Shown here piece by piece: positions 27,371-37,735 of a stretch of 64,000 nucleotides of DNA (position 1 is its first letter; each line of letters starts with the position of its first letter). A model generated the notes under the pieces. That model was given only the letters and a program-made list of their open reading frames with translations, ran no database searches and was not told the DNA's origin. The position numbers and the translations under genes were made by a program. Location of the stretch: contig OZ219920.1 in the NCBI GenBank assembly GCA_964291415.2, forward strand, positions 1,568,001 to 1,632,000, read 5' to 3'. This stretch comes from Alphaproteobacteria bacterium. Its GTDB lineage: Bacteria > Pseudomonadota > Alphaproteobacteria > SP197.

Positions 27371-27396
27371 AGTGCCGGGGCTCGCGCCCCGGCACT
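27371..27396. terminator. Hairpin between convergent genes (likely bidirectional terminator)
   Basis: AGTGCCGGGGC-TCGC-GCCCCGGCACT perfect 11-bp stem. No long U tract. Confidence 0.55.
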
Positions 27397-27411
27397 GCCT
27401 CGTGGTCCGGG

Positions 27412-28812
27412 TCAGGGAAACTTCAGTCCGCCCGGCATGTCGATGCCGGACAACGGGTTCCCGGAATCAGGCAACTCGAAGCCGGGCGGGAGCTGGCCCT
27501 TCTTCGCCATCTTGCGGACCTTTTTCATGCTGCCGTTCATCTGGGCATGCATTTTCATGACCCTGTTGACATCCTGGATACGGGTGCCGGAACCGGCAGC
27601 GATGCGCTTCTTGCGGCTTGCGTGAATGATGCGCGGATCGCGGCGCTCTGCGGGCGTCATCGATGAGAGGATCGCCTCGATGCGTCCAAGGGCGGACTCG
27701 TCGAGCTTTGAAGACTCCATCTCCCGGCGCGCCCGGGCAACGCCGGGCAGCAATCCGAGAAGTCCCTGCATGCCGCCCATCCGGCGAAGATGCGATATCT
27801 GCAGGCGCAGATCGTCGAAGTCGAACCCCTGCCCGGACTCCATCTTCCTTGCCAGCTTCTGCGCATCCTCCTCTTCCACGACCCTGGCAGCCTTCTCCAC
27901 CAGGCTGACGACATCGCCCATGCCGAGAATCTGGCCGGCCAGGCGATCAGGGTGGAAGGGTTCGAGCTGGTCGAGCTGTTCGCCGGTTCCCATCAGCTTG
28001 ATGGGACACCCGGTGACCTGGCGCATCGAGAGCGCCGCCCCTCCGCGGGCATCGCCGTCTATCCGGGTCAGGACGATTCCGGTCACGCCGGCGCTCTCGT
28101 GGAAGGACCTGGCGCTGTTGACCGCATCCTGCCCGGTCATGGCATCCGCCACGAACAGCACTTCGTGGGGCGAGGCCAGCTCCCTGACGCTGGCCAACTC
28201 CTCCATCAGTTCGTCGTCGATGTGGAGTCTGCCCGCGGTATCGAGGAGAACGACATCGGTGGCGCTGCGCCGCGCTGCCTTGAGGGCGCGCCGGGCAATG
28301 GCAAGGGGACCTTCTCCGGCAACGATCGGCAGGGTCGCGACCCCCGACTGTTCGCCAAGAACCGCCAACTGTTCCTGGGCCGCCGGACGGCGGACATCGA
28401 GGGAAGCCATGAGGACTTTTCTCCTCCCCTCCCCTTCCTGGAGCCAGCGCCCGATCTTGGCCGTGGTCGTGGTCTTTCCGGAACCCTGGAGACCGACCAG
28501 CATCATGGCGACGGGGGGATTACCCGCCAGATCAAGTTCGGTGGTTTCTGACCCGAGCGTTTCCACGAGATGGTCATGCACGAGCTTGATGACCTGCTGG
28601 GCCGGATTGACGCCCCGCAGCCTCTCGGCACCACGTGACCGCTCGCGCACCGTCTCGACGAACTGCCTGGCGACAGAGAGTGCGACATCGGCCTCGAGCA
28701 GGGCGGCCCGCACTTCTCGCAGCGCAGCGTCAATGTCGCTTTCGCGCAGGGAACTCTTGTGCCGCAGTCGGGTGAAGATTCCCTCGAGATTGCTGGCAAG
28801 CCTGTCGAACAT
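27412..28812 (-). CDS. ffh: Signal recognition particle protein Ffh
   Basis: Motifs ALLEADV, GLQGSGKTT, DTAGR, DGDARGGAALS and M-domain RIAAGSG. Confidence 0.97.
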   Translation of the reverse strand: MFDRLASNLEGIFTRLRHKSSLRESDIDAALREVRAALLEADVALSVARQFVETVRERSRGAERLRGVNPAQQVIKLVHDHLVETLGSETTELDLAGNPPVAMMLVGLQGSGKTTTTAKIGRWLQEGEGRRKVLMASLDVRRPAAQEQLAVLGEQSGVATLPIVAGEGPLAIARRALKAARRSATDVVLLDTAGRLHIDDELMEELASVRELASPHEVLFVADAMTGQDAVNSARSFHESAGVTGIVLTRIDGDARGGAALSMRQVTGCPIKLMGTGEQLDQLEPFHPDRLAGQILGMGDVVSLVEKAARVVEEEDAQKLARKMESGQGFDFDDLRLQISHLRRMGGMQGLLGLLPGVARARREMESSKLDESALGRIEAILSSMTPAERRDPRIIHASRKKRIAAGSGTRIQDVNRVMKMHAQMNGSMKKVRKMAKKGQLPPGFELPDSGNPLSGIDMPGGLKFP

Positions 28813-28830
28813 GGGACGCCCCCTGGGACT

Positions 28831-29313
28831 TCAGGTCTCTTCCCGGACCATCCGGTAATGAAAATCGCAGTGGTCCGCACCCTGCATGATGGTCTGCGTA
28901 CGGCGCAGACGGATACGCGGATCATATCCTGTCGCAAATGTCGCGTCGCGATTGCAGGAGAGTTCGAAACCGATTTCGGCCAACCCCATCTCCGTGTACA
29001 TCTCCGCATAGCGGCACCGCGTGACACGATAGACGTGCTCGTCATCCGAGCTGTGCGTGACCTCGGTCTCAAGGGCGCCATCGGCGTCCCAGAGATGCTG
29101 GAAGGACAGAAATCCGCGGATTCCTCCGGGGCCCCCGTTCCTCTCTGCGAACTCGCGTCCCTCGGCGATGGCCGCCTCGACGATCGCCGAAGAGAGGATG
29201 CGGCGCGCCCCGGCCTCGCCAATCTCGGCCTTCATGGCCTGCCAGAGCGGCCTGACAACTTCGGCCTGGATTCGCCGCCTTTCGAGAACCGGCAGGCGAT
29301 TGAGCGTCGTCAT
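28831..29313 (-). CDS. L-2-amino-thiazoline-4-carboxylate hydrolase-like family protein
   Basis: VTRCRYAEMY..MG..EIGFELSCNRD, LRRTQTIMQGADHCDFHY. Confidence 0.8.
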   Translation of the reverse strand: MTTLNRLPVLERRRIQAEVVRPLWQAMKAEIGEAGARRILSSAIVEAAIAEGREFAERNGGPGGIRGFLSFQHLWDADGALETEVTHSSDDEHVYRVTRCRYAEMYTEMGLAEIGFELSCNRDATFATGYDPRIRLRRTQTIMQGADHCDFHYRMVREET

Positions 29314-29380
29314 TGAAGTCACCTCGTCTGCCGGGCGGGGCATGGACGCCCGCAGCGTGCAGCCCTATATAGCAACAGCC

Positions 29381-30208
29381 ATGGATCCTGTCAGTTTCGT
29401 CAAGATGCACGGCCTGGGCAACGACTTCGTCATCATCGACGCTCGGGATCGTGCCGCGCCGCTTCCCGCCTGCGCAATCCGCACCATTGCGGATCGCCGC
29501 ATCGGCGTGGGATGCGACCAGCTCATCCGCCTCGAACCTTCGCTCACGGGCGATGCCTTCATGCGCATCTGGAACCCGGACGGCAGCGAGGCCGAGGCCT
29601 GCGGCAACGGAACCCGCTGCGTCGCCAGACTGCTCATGGAAGAGACCGGAAGGGACGATGCCGGGATCGAAACCCGGTCCGGCTTGCTGAAGGCGCGCCG
29701 GCGCGGAGACGAGACGTTCGACGTCGACATGGGTGAACCACGGCTTGGCTGGCAGGACATCCCGTTGGCAACGTCATCGGACACGCTTCATGTGGATCTC
29801 GGCGATGTCGCGCCGTCGCCCGCCACCTGTGTCAGCATGGGCAATCCCCATGCGGTCCTTTTCGTCGAGGACTGCGATGCGGTCGACCTCGGAACGACCG
29901 GACCGCTGCTCGAACGACACTCTCTCTTCCCGCGCCGGGCCAACATCAGCTTTGCCACGGTCGAGACAGACTCGAGAGTGCGCGCACGGGTCTGGGAGCG
30001 GGGAGCCGGCGCGACGCGCGCCTGCGGTTCCGCCGCTTGTGCCATCGCCGTCGCCGGCCACCGGCGCGGCCTCACCCTGCGTCGTGTGACCGTGGCCCTG
30101 CCCGGCGGCGACCTCGACCTCGATTGGCATGAAAACGGACATGTTCACATGACCGGACCCGCCAGCCTCGTGTGCAGGGGGGCGCTCATGCCGGAGGTCA
30201 TGGCATGA
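29381..30208 (+). CDS. dapF: Diaminopimelate epimerase
   Basis: Motifs FVKMHGLGNDF, CGNGTRC, SMGNPH and WERGAGATRACGS. Confidence 0.97.
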   Translation: MDPVSFVKMHGLGNDFVIIDARDRAAPLPACAIRTIADRRIGVGCDQLIRLEPSLTGDAFMRIWNPDGSEAEACGNGTRCVARLLMEETGRDDAGIETRSGLLKARRRGDETFDVDMGEPRLGWQDIPLATSSDTLHVDLGDVAPSPATCVSMGNPHAVLFVEDCDAVDLGTTGPLLERHSLFPRRANISFATVETDSRVRARVWERGAGATRACGSAACAIAVAGHRRGLTLRRVTVALPGGDLDLDWHENGHVHMTGPASLVCRGALMPEVMA

Positions 30209-31401
30209 GCCACGTGGTGAACTTCGGCTGCCGGCTCAACGCCCGGGAGGCGGGCGTCATGTCCCGTCACCTGGAATCGGGCGGCGTGGAGAACACGATT
30301 GTCGTCAACACCTGCGCCGTGACCTCCGAAGCCGAGCGTCAGGCTCGCCAGATGGTGCGCCGGCTGCGCCGTGAGCATCCATCGGCCACCATCGTCGCCA
30401 CCGGCTGCGCCAGCGAAATCGACCGCCAGGCGTGGGCCGCCATGCCGGAGATCGATCGTATCGTGGCCAATGCTCTCAAGACCCGCCGCGAGACGTGGAC
30501 CACGGCCCCGGCCGCTCCGCAGCCCGTCTCTCCTGCAACGAAGGCCCGGACCCCTGTCGAGATACAGAACGGCTGTGATCATCACTGCACCTTCTGCATC
30601 ATCCCCCGCGGTCGCGGCCCCTCGAGAAGCCGTCCGGCCGAGGATGTCGTCAACGATGTTCGCGAGATCGTCTCATCCGGGTGCAACGAGGTGGTGCTGA
30701 CCGGAGTCGACATCACGGCATGGGGCCAGGATTTCCCGGACCGGCCCCGCCTCGGCAACCTTGTCCGCGCCATCCTCGCCGGCGTTCCTGAACTGCCGCG
30801 GCTGAGACTGACCAGCCTCGACGTCGCGGAGGTCGATGAGGCGCTCCTCGATGCGATCGCCTGCGAGGAGCGCCTCATGCCCCACCTCCACCTGTCGCTT
30901 CAGGCGGGTGATCCGATGATTCTCAAGCGCATGAGACGCCGTCACACGCCGCAGGACGCAGTCGGCTTCTGCCGGAAGGTGCGCCGGTTGCGTCCCGAGA
31001 TCGTGTTCGGCGCCGATCTGATTGCCGGATTTCCCACCGAGTCCGAAGACATGTTCGCCAACACCCTGGCCCACGTGGACGACTGTGGCCTGACATGGCT
31101 CCATGTCTTTCCCTATTCCGAGCGGCCCGGCACACCTGCAGCGAGAATGCCGTCTCTTCCTCGCCAGGTGAGAAAGGAGCGCGCGGCAAGGCTGCGCGAG
31201 GCCGGTGCGGCTGCCGCTGTCGACTTTCTCGACTCTCTCGTTGGCACCAGATCGTCCGTCCTCGTCGAATCCCCGGGAAGAGGCCGCACAGAACACTACG
31301 CCCCGGTGGCGACGCGAGCGGATCTTGCGGCGGGCAGCATCCATTCATTCGTCCTCGCCGGACGCGACGGTGACCGGCTCCTCACGGAACCCTGCTCGTG
31401 A
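30205..31401 (+). CDS. mtaB: tRNA t6A methylthiotransferase MtaB (radical SAM)
   Basis: FGCRLN, NTCAVT, QNGCDHHCTFC. ATGA overlap with dapF and typical dapF-mtaB-ftsY synteny. Confidence 0.92.
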   Translation: MSHVVNFGCRLNAREAGVMSRHLESGGVENTIVVNTCAVTSEAERQARQMVRRLRREHPSATIVATGCASEIDRQAWAAMPEIDRIVANALKTRRETWTTAPAAPQPVSPATKARTPVEIQNGCDHHCTFCIIPRGRGPSRSRPAEDVVNDVREIVSSGCNEVVLTGVDITAWGQDFPDRPRLGNLVRAILAGVPELPRLRLTSLDVAEVDEALLDAIACEERLMPHLHLSLQAGDPMILKRMRRRHTPQDAVGFCRKVRRLRPEIVFGADLIAGFPTESEDMFANTLAHVDDCGLTWLHVFPYSERPGTPAARMPSLPRQVRKERAARLREAGAAAAVDFLDSLVGTRSSVLVESPGRGRTEHYAPVATRADLAAGSIHSFVLAGRDGDRLLTEPCS

Positions 31402-32321
31402 GCCGGGACGGCTGGCTCGCCCGGCTGCGGGCCGGGCTCACGCGCTCCTCGGACAGGTTGAGGGATTCGATCGGTGCGATCGTCAACGCCAGGAAGCTCG
31501 ACAGTGCCGCCCTCGAAGACCTTGAGGACGCGCTGATCGAGGGCGACATCGGCGTCGCCACGGCGGCCACCCTGGTGGCGGAATTGTCGCGCCGGCGGTT
31601 CAACCGCCAGGTGACGGACGAGGAGGTGCGCGGTGACCTGGCCGAACACATCGCCCGCATTCTCGAGCCGCTTGCCGTACCCTTGTGTCCCGATCCCGCC
31701 AATCGTCCCCATGTCGTTCTCGTGATGGGGGTCAACGGGACAGGAAAGACCACGACGATCGGCAAGCTCGCGCAGCACCACCGGGAGAAGGGTCTCGCCG
31801 TGGTGCTGGCCGCCGGCGACACGTTTCGGGCGGCAGCCATCGAGCAGCTCGGGATCTGGGGCCAGAGAACCGGCGCCATCGTGGTGAGCGGCAAGGAGGG
31901 CGGCGATCCCGCGGCCCTCGCCTACACCGCCTACGAGACGGCGCAATCGCGCGATGCGGACCTCCTTGTCGTCGACACGGCCGGCCGCCTCCACAACAAG
32001 CGCCACTTGATGGACGAACTGGTCAAGATCCGGCGGGTCCTGGGCAAACTGAATGCCGATGCACCACACGACCGGATACTCGTCGTCGATGCAACCACCG
32101 GCCAGAACGCCCACGCTCAGGTCGAAACCTTCCGTGAGGCGTGCGACATCACCGGACTGATCGTCACCAAGCTCGACGGATCGGCACGGGGAGGTGTCGT
32201 CGTTGGCCTGGGTGAACGATTCCAGCTCCCCGTGCACGCCATAGGCGTCGGCGAAGGGGCCGATGACCTCAGGCCCTTCGAGGCGCGGGAGTACGCCCGC
32301 TCTCTCATGGGGCTTTCCTGA
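31398..32321 (+). CDS. ftsY: SRP receptor FtsY
   Basis: Motifs [30 protein letters not shown] and [10 protein letters not shown]. Confidence 0.97.
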   Translation: MSRDGWLARLRAGLTRSSDRLRDSIGAIVNARKLDSAALEDLEDALIEGDIGVATAATLVAELSRRRFNRQVTDEEVRGDLAEHIARILEPLAVPLCPDPANRPHVVLVMGVNGTGKTTTIGKLAQHHREKGLAVVLAAGDTFRAAAIEQLGIWGQRTGAIVVSGKEGGDPAALAYTAYETAQSRDADLLVVDTAGRLHNKRHLMDELVKIRRVLGKLNADAPHDRILVVDATTGQNAHAQVETFREACDITGLIVTKLDGSARGGVVVGLGERFQLPVHAIGVGEGADDLRPFEAREYARSLMGLS

Positions 32322-32372
32322 CCAACCCGGGACTGCTATTCGTCAGCCTCCATTCAACCGGACAGGGCGCGC

Positions 32373-32969
32373 ATGACAAAACCGGAGCCGTCTGAAGACG
32401 AGCGGGATCCCAAGGACAGGACTGCCGCAGCGGCGAAAATCCTCTTCGACTCCCGCATGATCCTGCTCTTCGGCGAGATCAACGAAAAGGTGGCGCGCGA
32501 GACAACCGCGCAGCTCCTGGCTCTGAGCGAACTCTCGCATGAACCCGTGCGCCTGGTGATCAGCTCACCGGGAGGTCATGTCGAGTCGGGCGATGCCATT
32601 CACGACATGATCCGCTTTGTTGGCGCTCCCGTGACGGTCATCGGAACCGGCTGGGTGGCCAGTGCCGGTGTGCACATCTACCTTGGCGCGGCGCAGGAGA
32701 GGCGCTACTGCACGCCCAACACCCGGTTCCTCCTCCACCAGCCCATGGGCGGCATTGGCGGCAGTGCCGTCGACATGGAGATCGAGGCCCGGGAGATCCT
32801 GAAGATGCGCGACCGCCTCAACCGCATCATTGCCAGCGAAACAGGGCAGTCGCTCGAGCAAGTGGCGCGGGACACGGACCGCAACCACTGGCTCAGTCCC
32901 GAAGAGGCCCGAGACTACGGTATCGTCAGCCACATCGTGTCAGGAATCGACGACGTCAACGGAGGTTGA
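32373..32969 (+). CDS. clpP: ATP-dependent Clp protease proteolytic subunit (probably a paralog)
   Basis: Motifs SPGGHV, ASAG (Ser), LLHQP (His) and DTDRNHWL. Confidence 0.9.
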   Translation: MTKPEPSEDERDPKDRTAAAAKILFDSRMILLFGEINEKVARETTAQLLALSELSHEPVRLVISSPGGHVESGDAIHDMIRFVGAPVTVIGTGWVASAGVHIYLGAAQERRYCTPNTRFLLHQPMGGIGGSAVDMEIEAREILKMRDRLNRIIASETGQSLEQVARDTDRNHWLSPEEARDYGIVSHIVSGIDDVNGG

Positions 32970-33143
32970 CGCGTTCCCCGACGGCTGAATCGCGCCTCTT
33001 CGGCGGCCGCGTCCAGCCTGTAAGAACCCGGGAACACCAGCATTGGTTGGGTCGTCGCGGGTGACATCCGCATCGAACCGATTCTTCCATGAGTCGGCCC
33101 CCGAGAACACCGGCCAGTCTCCGGGTTTCCGGCAGGCGAGCGG

Positions 33144-34325
33144 TCAGGGAATGGTCTTGTCCAGTCCGCGCGGAATTCGCTTTTCCCTGTCGTAGAACGG
33201 CAGGGCGACAATCTCGCAATCTGCGGTACCGCCGGCCTCGGTCTGCACCTGCAGGCTCCTGCCGATCCACTCCCCGGCCGCATCGAACCGGACATAACCG
33301 ATGCCCAGATCAAGAGTCGGCGACCAGGCCGCTGCCGTCACGTGACCAACGGGCCGACCGTTCTCCTTCACCGCCCCGCGGTATCCGGGCGTTGCAGTCC
33401 TGCATTCCAGCCCAAGCAGGCGAACCCGGCGATCGGCGTTCCTCAACGCTTCCAGTCCGACGAAATCGTCCTTGTCCATGTGGATGAAAGGGCCCAGCCC
33501 CGCCGCGAACGGCGTCATCGTGTGATCGAAATCGGTGAGGTTGTCGAGAATCCCCGCTTCGATCCTGCGAATCTCCATCGAGGCGGCGCTGCCATAGACC
33601 ATGCCATGGTCTCTTCCGGCTTCCATCACGTCGCTGAAGAGCCTGTGATGATCCGTGGGCCGGTCGATGGAGGTCTCGGTGCCCACCGAATAGATCTCGT
33701 AGCCAAGCTCGCCCGTCCAGCCTGTCCGCGATACGTACAGCCGCTGGCCCCCTACGTGGAAGTATCCGGACCTGAAGTACTTCAGGTTTTCGTCGATGCC
33801 GCCATCGGTGAGCGCCGAGAGAACTTTCAGCGAGTTTGGACCCTGAACCTGAAGTACCCGGCCCTTTGGATCCGAAATCGTGACGTCGTACCCCTTGCTC
33901 AGGGCCCAGACCCAGGTCCGAAAATGGCCATCCGGCTGAATGTACCAGAACACGTCATCGGTCATCCGGAACAGGATGCCGTCCATGAACGTGCCGCCGT
34001 CATGGGTGCAGGCAATGGCATAGAGCCCGCGACCTTCCTTCAGGGTTGAGACTTTCCTGGCAATAATCCTGTCCAGGAATGCCATCGCGTCCGGACCTTC
34101 GATCTGCCAGGGCTTTTCGGGCACATCGTAAAGCACGGCCCGACGGCGCAGGTTCCAGTATGTCTCGACCGGATCCTCGCCAATGTAGACCTTGTAGTAC
34201 CGCTCAGCGTAAACGCCCATGACCGTCGCCGGACTTTCGTGACAGTCGTGAAACGGCGACAGGTCAAACCTCCGTGAGCTGACACGAACGGTGTTGTATG
34301 CGTCGGCATGAATGGAACTCGACAT
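33144..34325 (-). CDS. GcvT/DmdA-like folate-binding aminomethyltransferase/demethylase
   Basis: Motifs LYDVPE..QIEGPDA, LQVQGP, SRTGWTGELGYE, RRIEAGIL and LPFYD. Start approximate. Confidence 0.85.
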   Translation of the reverse strand: MSSSIHADAYNTVRVSSRRFDLSPFHDCHESPATVMGVYAERYYKVYIGEDPVETYWNLRRRAVLYDVPEKPWQIEGPDAMAFLDRIIARKVSTLKEGRGLYAIACTHDGGTFMDGILFRMTDDVFWYIQPDGHFRTWVWALSKGYDVTISDPKGRVLQVQGPNSLKVLSALTDGGIDENLKYFRSGYFHVGGQRLYVSRTGWTGELGYEIYSVGTETSIDRPTDHHRLFSDVMEAGRDHGMVYGSAASMEIRRIEAGILDNLTDFDHTMTPFAAGLGPFIHMDKDDFVGLEALRNADRRVRLLGLECRTATPGYRGAVKENGRPVGHVTAAAWSPTLDLGIGYVRFDAAGEWIGRSLQVQTEAGGTADCEIVALPFYDREKRIPRGLDKTIP

Positions 34326-34608
34326 CTCTCTCATTCTTCTCGTTGTCGGCTCAGGATAACGGAATGTCGCTCCTTCGGCGGGACTCGCATCCCTGACCAT
34401 GCACAGCAGACTGGTTCGAATGTGGCCCTCGATACCGGGGTCTCCAGGACGTCGCTGTCCTCACCCCGGGCCATGGCCTCGCGGACACTGGAGTCGCTCG
34501 GATGTTCTCCGGTGGGCGAGGTACTGTCGCCTCCGGCGCCACAGGGCCACCGGACCGCTCGCATCGGGATGGCGCGTGCAAAGACTCCGGGAAACACATG
34601 CCGATTCC

Positions 34609-36768
34609 CTATGCCGTGAAGACGGGCGCCGGGCGCGCTGCAGCCTCCCGGGACGGGACAGGCCCGTCATCATGGTTGTCGACTGTCTTCCGGGGGATCA
34701 GCACGGCATCGACGGCCCTGACGAAGTCTACACCGACGATGAGCGGATTGACGTCCATCTCGGCGACGACATCCTTCAGCGCGTGGCAGACAGCGGAAAA
34801 GCGGCTGAGCACAACCGAGAGCCGGGCAATGTCGCAGGGCGGCCGGGACCGCACCCCGTCAAGCAGGCGGCGGATCCTCAGGTCGTCGATGAGGCGGCGA
34901 GCTTCATTCGTGCCAAACGGCGCGAGCGACGAAGCCCGGTCTTCAAGCAGTTCCACCAGGGTGCCCCCGGCGCTCACCATGACCACAGGTCCCCACTGGG
35001 GATCGTTCACCATGCCGAATGCCACTTCGGCCTCCCCCCGGACCATTCCGGCAACACACATATCCGGACCAAGCGACAACAGTGACGTGACGGCCATGCG
35101 AACGGCGGCCTCGTCCCGAAGGTCGAGATGAACACCACCGCTGTCGGACTTGTGGAGGAGTCCTGGCACCGCCGTCTTGAGCACTACCGGAAATCCGATG
35201 TCACGGGCCGCCGCGACGGCTTCTTCATGGGACCGACAGAACCGGCTTTCCGCAACCGGTATGCCGAATGCCCCGAGCATGGAGAGGGTTTCGGTTTCGC
35301 CAGGAGCCACACCCCCGGAAAGACGCTCTTGCCAGAGCCGGGCGAGATCCGGGTCCACGGCTTCAACCGCGCCTTCATCCACCTTCCTTCGATCTCGGTA
35401 GGCGAGAGCACATCTCACGCCCGTGAGAAGCGGCTTCACGCCATTGATCACCGGCACGCCGCAGTCGAGCATGTCGCTGGCGAAGGACCCGTTGTCCGCC
35501 GTGCCGAGCGAGTTGGTGAGAACGTAGGGTTTTTCCGACTCACGGCCGATCTGTCGTGCCGCCTCGCCGATATCGCGCAGGCCCTCGTTCCGGTCCGTGC
35601 GGTAGTACTCGTGGGCGAGGATCGCGACTCCGGGATCCCGCTCCAGAATGCCGGCACACTGGCCAATCACAGCTCCGAGACGTTCGTTGTAGCGTCCGGC
35701 GGCGTCGAGCGGATTGACCGCCTCGAGTCCGATGTCGAGACACGATTCGAGAGCGCTGACAGTGGCTCTGGCCAGCGGCGCGAACTCGAGCCCCATGTCG
35801 CTGGCAAGGTCGATCATCTGCTCGCGCAATCCTCCCGAGTCGAGAATCGCGGCAAAGCCCCCCTCTCCCACGGTCTTTCCGAGACCCAGGATCTGGGCCG
35901 CAGCCATGAGGCCGTCGAGATCGTCCGTGCGCAGGGCGCCGTAGCGGCGGCACACCGCATCGAATGCCGTGTCGTCTCCGACAAGTGCGCCTGAGTGTGT
36001 CTGGGCAAGACGAGCACTTTCGGGTGTTCTTCCTACTTTCGTGACCACCACCGGGATGCCCCGGTCGCGTGCCCTGGCGAGAGCCCGCACGAAGGCGTCC
36101 GGATCACGGATCGCCTCGGCGAAGAGCGCCAGAACCCGGGTCGTCGGCTGCTCCAGGGCGTAGTCCATGTAGTCGGCGATCGATGCATTGATCTCCTGTC
36201 CCTGGGACACCAGAAGATTGAAACGCATCCGGCGCGATTCGTTGGCCAGCATGCCGAACACCGATCCCGAGTGGCACAGGGCCGCGATATGGCCGGGCCG
36301 GGTATCGAGCGGCTCCTGGAAACTTGCGAAGGTCCGGGCGTCAAAGTTGTAGAAACCCATGCCGTTGCCGCCACACACCGGAACGTCTGCCTCGCGGGCC
36401 ATCGCCTTCAGGCGCTCGAGAAGGCGGGGTTCCCGGTCTTCATCCAGGAGACAGGCATCGAAGATGACCATGGCACGGGTTCCGGCGTGGATTGCCTCCC
36501 GCATGACCCCTTCCATGCGATGCGCAGCCACCGACAGAATGGCAAGATCGACCGGCCCCTCGAGTTCCGCCATGGAAGCCCTGGTCTCGATGCCCTCGAC
36601 GGCGGAATGCCGCGGATTGACCACGACAAGGCTGCCCGTGTAGCCACCCGCGAGGAGGCTCCTCACCATGAGGTTTCCGACTGAGCCCGGCCGCGGCGAT
36701 CCGCCGACAAGGGCAATGGATCGGGGCGCAAGCAGGGGCTCAAGCCAGTGGGTGCGTGCCGTCATCAT
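34609..36768 (-). CDS. Acyl-CoA synthetase (NDP-forming, acetate-CoA ligase family)
   Basis: LLAPRSIALVGGS, GGNGMG, THSGAL (phospho-His), NPLD, and ATP-grasp HKSDSGGV, DPQWGP, EMDVNP. Confidence 0.9.
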   Translation of the reverse strand: MMTARTHWLEPLLAPRSIALVGGSPRPGSVGNLMVRSLLAGGYTGSLVVVNPRHSAVEGIETRASMAELEGPVDLAILSVAAHRMEGVMREAIHAGTRAMVIFDACLLDEDREPRLLERLKAMAREADVPVCGGNGMGFYNFDARTFASFQEPLDTRPGHIAALCHSGSVFGMLANESRRMRFNLLVSQGQEINASIADYMDYALEQPTTRVLALFAEAIRDPDAFVRALARARDRGIPVVVTKVGRTPESARLAQTHSGALVGDDTAFDAVCRRYGALRTDDLDGLMAAAQILGLGKTVGEGGFAAILDSGGLREQMIDLASDMGLEFAPLARATVSALESCLDIGLEAVNPLDAAGRYNERLGAVIGQCAGILERDPGVAILAHEYYRTDRNEGLRDIGEAARQIGRESEKPYVLTNSLGTADNGSFASDMLDCGVPVINGVKPLLTGVRCALAYRDRRKVDEGAVEAVDPDLARLWQERLSGGVAPGETETLSMLGAFGIPVAESRFCRSHEEAVAAARDIGFPVVLKTAVPGLLHKSDSGGVHLDLRDEAAVRMAVTSLLSLGPDMCVAGMVRGEAEVAFGMVNDPQWGPVVMVSAGGTLVELLEDRASSLAPFGTNEARRLIDDLRIRRLLDGVRSRPPCDIARLSVVLSRFSAVCHALKDVVAEMDVNPLIVGVDFVRAVDAVLIPRKTVDNHDDGPVPSREAAARPAPVFTA

Positions 36769-36902
36769 GAACCCCTCGCCAGACCGCCGGCAAATCATGG
36801 TCCGGGCATGGGGTGTGTCAAGGAGGACCCGGCAGCCTTGCAGGCGGAGGCGCGCAGGCGTTAACTGATGGATTGGTTGAATCGGAACAGCGGGAGCAAT
36901 CC

Positions 36903-37712
36903 ATGACCTTGCCTGTCGAAGACGGTACCAGCCAGGGCGTGGCTGTTCACCGGGAGGATGGCGTGCTGCTCGTCACACTCGATCGACCTCCGGCCAACGC
37001 CATCGACAATGCGACGAGCCGCAGGATGGGGGAGGTGTTCCTCGGATTTCGCGACGATCCCGCTCTCAGGGTGGCCATCCTGACCGGCGGCGGCGAGAAG
37101 TTCTTCTCGGCCGGCTGGGACCTCAAGGCCGCATCGGCCGAACTCGAGGTGCTCGAGGAGGATTACGGACCTGGCGGGTTTGGCGGCATGCAGGACCTGC
37201 TCGATCTCAACAAGCCCATCATCAGCGCCGTCAACGGCATCTGTTGCGGCGGCGGACTCGAAGTCGCCCTCGACGCCGACATTCTGATTGCCGCCGAACA
37301 CGCCACCTTCGCGCTTCCCGAAATCACAGTCGGTACCTATGCGCCGGCGGCCTGCATCGCCCTGCCGAAGCGCATTCCCTACCACATCGCCATGGAACTT
37401 CTGCTCACCGGCAGGTGGTTCGATGCCGCCGAAGCGCACCGCTGGGGCCTGGTCAATCGCGTGGTGCCTGCAGCGGATCTCATGGATGAAGCCTGGAAAC
37501 TCGCAAGACTCCTTGCCGGCGGGCCGCCCCTTGTCCAGGCGGTCACCAAGGAAATTGTGCGCGATGCAGAGGACAAGAAATTCCAGGACGCTCTCAACAA
37601 GGTCAACGCGCGGCAATACCGCACGGTCGAGGTCATGATTCCCAGCGAGGACCGCAAGGAGGGGCCCCGCGCCTTCCAGGAGAAGCGCAAACCGGTCTGG
37701 AAGGGGCGCTGA
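36903..37712 (+). CDS. caiD: Crotonase family, carnitinyl-CoA dehydratase-like
   Basis: Motifs DRPPANAID, FRDDPALRVAI, FFSAGWDLKAA, DYGPGGFGG, GGGLE, LPE and EKRKPVWKGR. Confidence 0.8.
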   Translation: MTLPVEDGTSQGVAVHREDGVLLVTLDRPPANAIDNATSRRMGEVFLGFRDDPALRVAILTGGGEKFFSAGWDLKAASAELEVLEEDYGPGGFGGMQDLLDLNKPIISAVNGICCGGGLEVALDADILIAAEHATFALPEITVGTYAPAACIALPKRIPYHIAMELLLTGRWFDAAEAHRWGLVNRVVPAADLMDEAWKLARLLAGGPPLVQAVTKEIVRDAEDKKFQDALNKVNARQYRTVEVMIPSEDRKEGPRAFQEKRKPVWKGR

Positions 37713-37735
37713 CCGGGGTCCCGTTCTGTGGAGAT

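Noticed and set aside
26304-27395. Apparent 493-aa fusion ORF ending in the YjbR domain
   Set aside because: The upstream part is antisense to the real SBP gene; the true start is ATG 26303 with a GAGG SD.
34367-34380. CGCCGAAGGAGCGA upstream of the GcvT-like gene, resembling a glycine riboswitch core
   Set aside because: The flanking GGAGAG and CTCTCAGG elements and a second aptamer are absent. An Rfam RF00504 scan would settle it.
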